A stretch of 41,126 bases of DNA from Gammaproteobacteria bacterium. GTDB lineage: Bacteria > Pseudomonadota > Gammaproteobacteria > GCA-002705445 > GCA-002716945. The first letter of the stretch is position 1. Each line of letters begins with the position of its first letter. Below are positions 35,841-41,126 of this stretch, one piece after another. Made by a program: the position numbers and the translations under genes. The notes under the pieces were generated by a model. That model was given only the letters and a program-made list of their open reading frames with translations, had not been told where the DNA came from and did not search any database. Location: positions 1 through 41,126 of the forward strand of contig JBJKYE010000038.1 in the NCBI GenBank assembly GCA_045561195.1. The letters run 5' to 3'.

Positions 35841-37751
35841 ATGAAAACAAAAGCTCGAGAAGACTCTATCAGAAAACGCCATAATTTTGAAGAAAAATAT
35901 AGTCGTGACCCGATGAGTAATGCAGAAAACGAGAGAAGATCTCATAGATTAAGAGCTCTTATTGCAACCGGGATTGTCTTTATTTTTTTCACCACATATA
36001 TATCTGAATTATATGAAGTTCAAGTATCTGAGCATAGTTATTATACTGTAAAATCAGATTCTAACAGAATAAGAATAAGACCAGTCCAAGCAACTAGAGG
36101 TCTTATATATGATAGAAATGGAAAAACTCTTGCTGATAATATTAATACTTTTAATCTGATTGTAAAAAAAGAGTTAATAAGTGATAAAGAAATTTTTCTA
36201 CAAAATCTTCAAAAACTTTTAGTCCTCAATCCTAATCAAATAAAAAGAATATCCCAACAATTTCAAAATAGACGCCTGAAAGACATAACAATTTTAGAGG
36301 ACATTTCATTAGATGATTTCTCTAAGATAGCAGTTGATAGGCATGTATTACCAGAGATTGAGTTAGTGCCAAAGTCAAAGAGGAGATACTTATCGCCATA
36401 TGCTATGTCTCATGTTCTGGGATACGTTGCAAAAGTTTCTGATGATGACATTGAATCAGACGTAGTAAAAGTTCATGAAGGAATGACAGAAATCGGAAAA
36501 CTAGGAATTGAGAGATTTTACCAAAATATTTTATCCGGAAAACCTGGATATGAAAAGTTAGAAACAGATGCGAAAGGAAAAGTCATTAGAGTTATTGAAA
36601 AAAAACAACCAGTAAGAGGGGATGATATTTATCTAACATTAGATCTTAACCTTCAACAATATATATATAACAAAGTAGATAAAAAAGAGGGAGCGATAAT
36701 TGTTATGGATCCTAATAATGGCGATATTTTATCATTTGTTAGTTTCCCTGGTTATGACAGCAACCTTTTTACTAAATCTATATCCACTAAAAAATATAAT
36801 GAATTGATAACCGATAAAAGAAGACCATTGATTAATAGAGTAATATCTGGTCAATACCCGCCTGGTTCTACATTAAAACCTTTTGTTGGTCTAGTCGCTT
36901 TAGAGGAGCAGATTATCGATTCAACTAAATTAGTTAATTGTGATGGAGCATATGAACTTAAGAATCACAGCAGACCATTTAAGTGTTGGAAGAAAACAGG
37001 GCATGGGGATACTGACTTATCCTATGCATTAGCTCAATCTTGCGATGTTTTCTTCTATAGAGTTGCTCAGTTAACAGGCATAGATACTATAAGCGAAAAT
37101 TTATATAAGTTCGGTTTTGGTCAAAAAACATACATTGATTTATATGGTGAAAAGTCAGGGTTAATTCCAGATCGTGAGTGGAAAGTTAAAACAAAACAGC
37201 TCCCTTGGTATCAAGGGGAGACACTTAATGTTGGAATCGGACAAGGTTATTTTTTAGCTACACCAATTCAGTTAACTTTGGCCACATCAATTTTGGCGAC
37301 TAATGGTAACACTTATACCCCTCATTTACTGAAAGGCTATAAGAGTAGCTCGACTAGAGAAATATTTAATTATAATCCTCATGATAATAAATTTACTACA
37401 GTGATTGAAGATGAAAATTATTTAGACATTGTCAAGCATGCAATGTGGAGGGTAGTCAATGAAAGGAATGTTGGTACAGCTTCAAGTATGAGAAAAGTTG
37501 CTAATATAGAATATGCTGGAAAAACTGGAACTGCGCAAGTCTATAATCTTGATGCAGGAAAATCTGATAAAAAGATATTACAGGATCATGCTTTATTTAT
37601 AAGTTATGCTCCATATGAAGCCCCTGAAATAGTAGTTACAGTAATTGTTGAACATGGTGGAGGAGGTTCCTCGACTGCGGCACCACTAGCTAGAGATATT
37701 ATAGATTTCTATATACAAAACAAAAATAAGAAGATTGCGCATAATGAATGA
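35841..37751 (+). CDS. mrdA: Penicillin-binding protein 2
   Basis: RGLIYDRNG, STLK, SCD and KTGT. TATAAT lies 6 nt before the ATG. Confidence 0.96.
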   Translation: MKTKAREDSIRKRHNFEEKYSRDPMSNAENERRSHRLRALIATGIVFIFFTTYISELYEVQVSEHSYYTVKSDSNRIRIRPVQATRGLIYDRNGKTLADNINTFNLIVKKELISDKEIFLQNLQKLLVLNPNQIKRISQQFQNRRLKDITILEDISLDDFSKIAVDRHVLPEIELVPKSKRRYLSPYAMSHVLGYVAKVSDDDIESDVVKVHEGMTEIGKLGIERFYQNILSGKPGYEKLETDAKGKVIRVIEKKQPVRGDDIYLTLDLNLQQYIYNKVDKKEGAIIVMDPNNGDILSFVSFPGYDSNLFTKSISTKKYNELITDKRRPLINRVISGQYPPGSTLKPFVGLVALEEQIIDSTKLVNCDGAYELKNHSRPFKCWKKTGHGDTDLSYALAQSCDVFFYRVAQLTGIDTISENLYKFGFGQKTYIDLYGEKSGLIPDREWKVKTKQLPWYQGETLNVGIGQGYFLATPIQLTLATSILATNGNTYTPHLLKGYKSSSTREIFNYNPHDNKFTTVIEDENYLDIVKHAMWRVVNERNVGTASSMRKVANIEYAGKTGTAQVYNLDAGKSDKKILQDHALFISYAPYEAPEIVVTVIVEHGGGGSSTAAPLARDIIDFYIQNKNKKIAHNE

Positions 37752-38859
37752 GTATATTGAAAATAACAGACGTCCTTTTACGGGATTATCATCTCTTTTT
37801 TATATTGACCTAAAACTTTTTATGCCCATTGTCATTATTACTCTAATAGGGTTGGTAACAATTTATAGTAGTTCATCAGGAGACATTGCTCTTGTTTTAA
37901 AGCAACTTACTAGAATCCTGATTGGTGTAATAGTAATGATTTTTATTGCCCAAGTTCATCCTGACAACCTTAAGTTATTCGCACCTGTCTTATATTTTTT
38001 GACTCTAGTCTTATTAATTTTAGTGCTTTTCTTTGGTGTAGGTAAAAGCGCAGATAGATGGTTAGACTTATATGTCATTAGGTTTCAACCTTCAGAATTA
38101 ATGAAGATATTCGTACCTCTTATGTTAGCGTCATATTATTCGGACAAACCATTGCCTCCGAATATTAAATATATCTTCATTGCTATATTAATAGCTTTAA
38201 TACCCGTTTTCTTGATAATGAAACAACCAGACTTGGGTACTTCCCTGCTCATAGGAATGTCAGGAGCAATAGCAATTTTATTGGCGGGCATGAGCATTAA
38301 GTTTTTTCTAGGAAGTTCTCTCTCTGTAGCCGCACTCGCACCGATACTATGGATGAATATGCATGAATATCAAAAACAAAGAGTGCTAACATTTTTTAAC
38401 CCTGAGCTTGATCCTCTAGGTTCAGGTTATCATTTAATGCAATCTAAAATTGCTCTAGGATCTGGAGGGTTTTTTGGCAAAGGTATTTTTAATGGTACCC
38501 AGTCAAAACTTGGTTTCGTCCCAGAACATTCAACAGACTTTATTTTAACTGCATTTGGAGAAGAATTTGGATTTTTTGGCGTTCTAATATTGATGACATT
38601 GTATCTCTTTGTTGCTTTACGAGGATTGAGTATTTCCATCAAAGCCACTGATAATTTTGGAAGAATATTAAGCGCAACGTTTAGCTTAACAATTTTTTTA
38701 TATGTACTTGTTAATGTAGGAATGGTGATTGGGTTCCTACCAGTTGTTGGAGCGCCATTACCGTTCATGAGTTATGGAGGAACATCGATGGTGACACTTT
38801 TTGCGACGATAGGTATTATAATGTCAATTAAGTCTCATCAAAGGATACTGCGAAAATGA
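37744..38859 (+). CDS. rodA: Rod shape-determining protein RodA
   Basis: FQPSELMK, QPDLGT, PEHSTDFI and PLPFMSYGG. Confidence 0.96.
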   Translation: MNEYIENNRRPFTGLSSLFYIDLKLFMPIVIITLIGLVTIYSSSSGDIALVLKQLTRILIGVIVMIFIAQVHPDNLKLFAPVLYFLTLVLLILVLFFGVGKSADRWLDLYVIRFQPSELMKIFVPLMLASYYSDKPLPPNIKYIFIAILIALIPVFLIMKQPDLGTSLLIGMSGAIAILLAGMSIKFFLGSSLSVAALAPILWMNMHEYQKQRVLTFFNPELDPLGSGYHLMQSKIALGSGGFFGKGIFNGTQSKLGFVPEHSTDFILTAFGEEFGFFGVLILMTLYLFVALRGLSISIKATDNFGRILSATFSLTIFLYVLVNVGMVIGFLPVVGAPLPFMSYGGTSMVTLFATIGIIMSIKSHQRILRK

Positions 38860-39875
38860 TCAAAAACATCCTAATTTTTATAATATTTGCATCACCACCA
38901 GTTTTTGGTGGAGTTGATAAAAGTGAAGTAAATATTTTTATTAAATTTATGCATGATAAATACTCGTTTGATCAAGAAGAGCTGAGGAATTTATTTGATA
39001 ACGTTAGAGTAGAGCCGCGCATCAAAAAATATATTAAAAAAGCTCCAGAAAGAACACTCACATGGAACGGATGTGCTGTCAATGATAGAAAATGCACAAA
39101 TTACAGAAATTTATTTGTAAATAATAAAAATATTCAAAATGGCATAGATTTTTGGAAAAATAATCTTAGAGCATTAACCAAAGCAGAGAGAGAGTTCGGT
39201 GTGCCAGCTGAAATTATAGTTGCAATTATAGGCATTGAGAGCAAATATGGCTTAAGAACAGGAACCTTTAAGACTTTCGATACACTTGTCTCTCTCTCTT
39301 TGGGTGATAATAAAGGAAGAAGAGCCAAATTTTATAAAACTGAACTAATCAACTTTTTGTTGATGTGTCGAGAAAATAAGTTTGACCCATCTATTATAAA
39401 AGGCTCATATGCAGGAGCCCTCGGTAAACCACAGTTTATTTCTAGCAGTTATAGGCATTATGCTGTTGACTTTGATCAGGATGGTTATATTAATTTATGG
39501 GAATCAGATTATGATGTCATTGGGAGTGTTGCAAATTATTTTAAAAAAAATGGATGGCAAGCTGGACAGGATATCATGACACCTATTTCATACTCTCAAT
39601 CTAATATGAATAATATTGAAGAAGCATCAACAAAAACCTATAAGCCTACTACTAAATATAAATCATTCAAGAAAAGTAACATCTTCGCAGAAGTGAACAT
39701 AGATCATGATAAACTTTTGTCTGTAATTGGCAGAAAAGAAAGAAATGGCAAAGAGTATAGTTTCGGGCATAAAAATTTCTATGTAATTACAAGATATAAT
39801 CGAAGTAGACTGTATGCTCTTGCTGTTTATTATTTGAGCAGAGAAATTAAGAAGGCCAAATCAGACATTTTATAA
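38856..39875 (+). CDS. mltB: Lytic murein transglycosylase B
   Basis: IIVAIIGIESKYG, GSYAGALGKPQF, SVANYF...GW and ITRYNRS..YA. Confidence 0.92.
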   Translation: MIKNILIFIIFASPPVFGGVDKSEVNIFIKFMHDKYSFDQEELRNLFDNVRVEPRIKKYIKKAPERTLTWNGCAVNDRKCTNYRNLFVNNKNIQNGIDFWKNNLRALTKAEREFGVPAEIIVAIIGIESKYGLRTGTFKTFDTLVSLSLGDNKGRRAKFYKTELINFLLMCRENKFDPSIIKGSYAGALGKPQFISSSYRHYAVDFDQDGYINLWESDYDVIGSVANYFKKNGWQAGQDIMTPISYSQSNMNNIEEASTKTYKPTTKYKSFKKSNIFAEVNIDHDKLLSVIGRKERNGKEYSFGHKNFYVITRYNRSRLYALAVYYLSREIKKAKSDIL

Positions 39876-39904
39876 TATTAATTTATGATATAATTTTTTC
39901 ATAT

Positions 39905-41053
39905 ATGAATACTTTTACTGACAAATTTATTTATAAGCATTTCCTATCAGTTATAGTGTTAATAATTGGTTTTAACATTAATGCTGCCCCGATTCCTAAG
40001 GCTCCAAACCCTGATGTTAAGTCATACATTTTAATCGATTATGACAGTGGAATGGTGATTGCTGAAAAAAACGCTGATCTTATTCTTCCTCCAGCTAGCA
40101 TTACAAAAATCATGACATCTTATATTATTTTCACAGAACTTCAAAATGAAACTCTAGCAAAAAGTGATTATGTTCTTGTTAGCAAAAAAGCATGGAAAAC
40201 TGGGGGCTCAAAGATGTTCATCGAAGTAGGAAAAAAGGTAAAGGTTTCTGACTTGCTCCAAGGAATTATCACCTCATCTGGGAATGATGCTAGTGTTGCT
40301 ATGGCAGAGCATATTTCTGGAGATGAAGAAACTTTCTCAATATATATGAATCAATTAGCTGAGAATCTAGGTATGGTCAATACTAGTTATGCTAATTCAA
40401 CAGGCTTGCCAAATGATGATTTGTTTACAACAGCTAGAGATATATCTTTGTTAGCTCGCTCATTAATAAAAAAATTTCCTGATGAGTATAAGTTATATTC
40501 AAAAAAAGAATATGTTTATAATGAAATTAAACAATACTCTAGAAATAAGTTGCTGTATCTAGATGACACTGTAGATGGGATGAAAACTGGTTATACTAAA
40601 AAGGCTGGTTATTGTCTTGTTAGTTCTGCTTTAAGAGGAAAAAAGAGATTAATATCTGTTGTTCTTGGTGCTAAATCGCCAGAACATAGAACTAATGCGT
40701 CAAAATCACTTTTAGAATATGGCTTTAGATTTTTTGAAACTCATAAGCTATATGAGCAAAATAAAATAGTAACTGAGGGTAATATTTTCGGAGGCTCTCA
40801 ACAGAAAATCAAGCTTGGAGTTCTTGACGATGAATACATATCTATTCCTAGAAGGCAAATAAAGAATATAAAAACTAAATATGTAATAGATCAAAATTTA
40901 ACCGCACCAGTACAAAAAGGTGAATCCGTTGGTTACGCTGTCATACAACTTCAAGGTAAAAATATAACTACTATTGAGTTATATGCCATGGAGTCGGTAG
41001 ATGAAGGCAGCTTTTATAGAAAAACTCTTGACTCAATATTGAGAAAATTTTAA
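39905..41053 (+). CDS. dacC: D-alanyl-D-alanine carboxypeptidase (PBP5/6 family)
   Basis: PASITK, SGNDA and KTGYT; extended -10 TG-A-TATAAT at 39886-39894. Confidence 0.9.
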   Translation: MNTFTDKFIYKHFLSVIVLIIGFNINAAPIPKAPNPDVKSYILIDYDSGMVIAEKNADLILPPASITKIMTSYIIFTELQNETLAKSDYVLVSKKAWKTGGSKMFIEVGKKVKVSDLLQGIITSSGNDASVAMAEHISGDEETFSIYMNQLAENLGMVNTSYANSTGLPNDDLFTTARDISLLARSLIKKFPDEYKLYSKKEYVYNEIKQYSRNKLLYLDDTVDGMKTGYTKKAGYCLVSSALRGKKRLISVVLGAKSPEHRTNASKSLLEYGFRFFETHKLYEQNKIVTEGNIFGGSQQKIKLGVLDDEYISIPRRQIKNIKTKYVIDQNLTAPVQKGESVGYAVIQLQGKNITTIELYAMESVDEGSFYRKTLDSILRKF

Positions 41054-41055
41054 AT

Positions 41056-41126
41056 ATGGATGAAATATATCTCAATGGTAAGTTCGTAAGTAGATCGAGT
41101 GCACAAATATCAATAATGGATAGGGG
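41056..41126 (+). CDS. Class IV (probably D-amino acid) aminotransferase, 5' fragment
   Basis: MDEIYLNGKFVSRSSAQISIMDRG matches the class IV N-terminus (YLNG...A.IS..DRG) and follows the dac gene; truncated by the window edge. Confidence 0.75.
   Translation, partial: MDEIYLNGKFVSRSSAQISIMDR

Noticed and set aside
35730-35945. 71-aa minus-strand ORF
   Set aside because: It overlaps the mrdA start and the divergent promoter gap; hppA has its own GGAG RBS.
365-39328. Other short antisense ORFs inside long genes (e.g. 1159-1398, 2649-2999, 11494-11808, 35078-35614, 38430-38768)
   Set aside because: Each lies within well-supported genes on the opposite strand and shows no independent family signal.
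1-41126. CRISPR arrays, tRNA/rRNA genes, IS elements, integrases, prophage or defense genes
   Set aside because: None seen. Intergenic gaps are about 200 bp or less and contain no periodic repeats or cloverleaf structures.

Overview
AT-rich, tightly packed chromosomal segment. Gene content and gene order point to a streamlined marine sulfur-oxidizing gammaproteobacterium (inference). It opens with the distal half of a reverse-dsr operon (3' end of dsrK, then dsrL-J-O-P-N-R). Conserved housekeeping blocks follow: murJ-ribF-ileS-lspA-fkpB-ispH, rpsT, rplU-rpmA-obgE-proB, ispB, then lptD-surA-pdxA-rsmA, hppA-adk and mrdA-rodA-mltB-dac-dat. An accessory stretch at ~17-27 kb holds the most interesting signals. 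(1) A tandem SAM-II / terminator / SAM-V riboswitch lies on the minus strand upstream of a 134-aa protein I cannot assign. (2) A candidate sigma54-dependent small RNA with two anti-Shine-Dalgarno loops is transcribed convergently to a sigma54/NtrC-type amtB, and one loop is complementary to the amtB RBS. (3) An orphan XylM/AlkB-like monooxygenase has atypical Arg codon usage. (4) A pyruvate-kinase-like barrel looks catalytically degenerate. Elsewhere, LptD carries an N-terminal BamE domain, and several genes appear to be leaderless. I saw no tRNA, rRNA, CRISPR array or mobile element. All calls come from reading motifs by eye; no database search was run.
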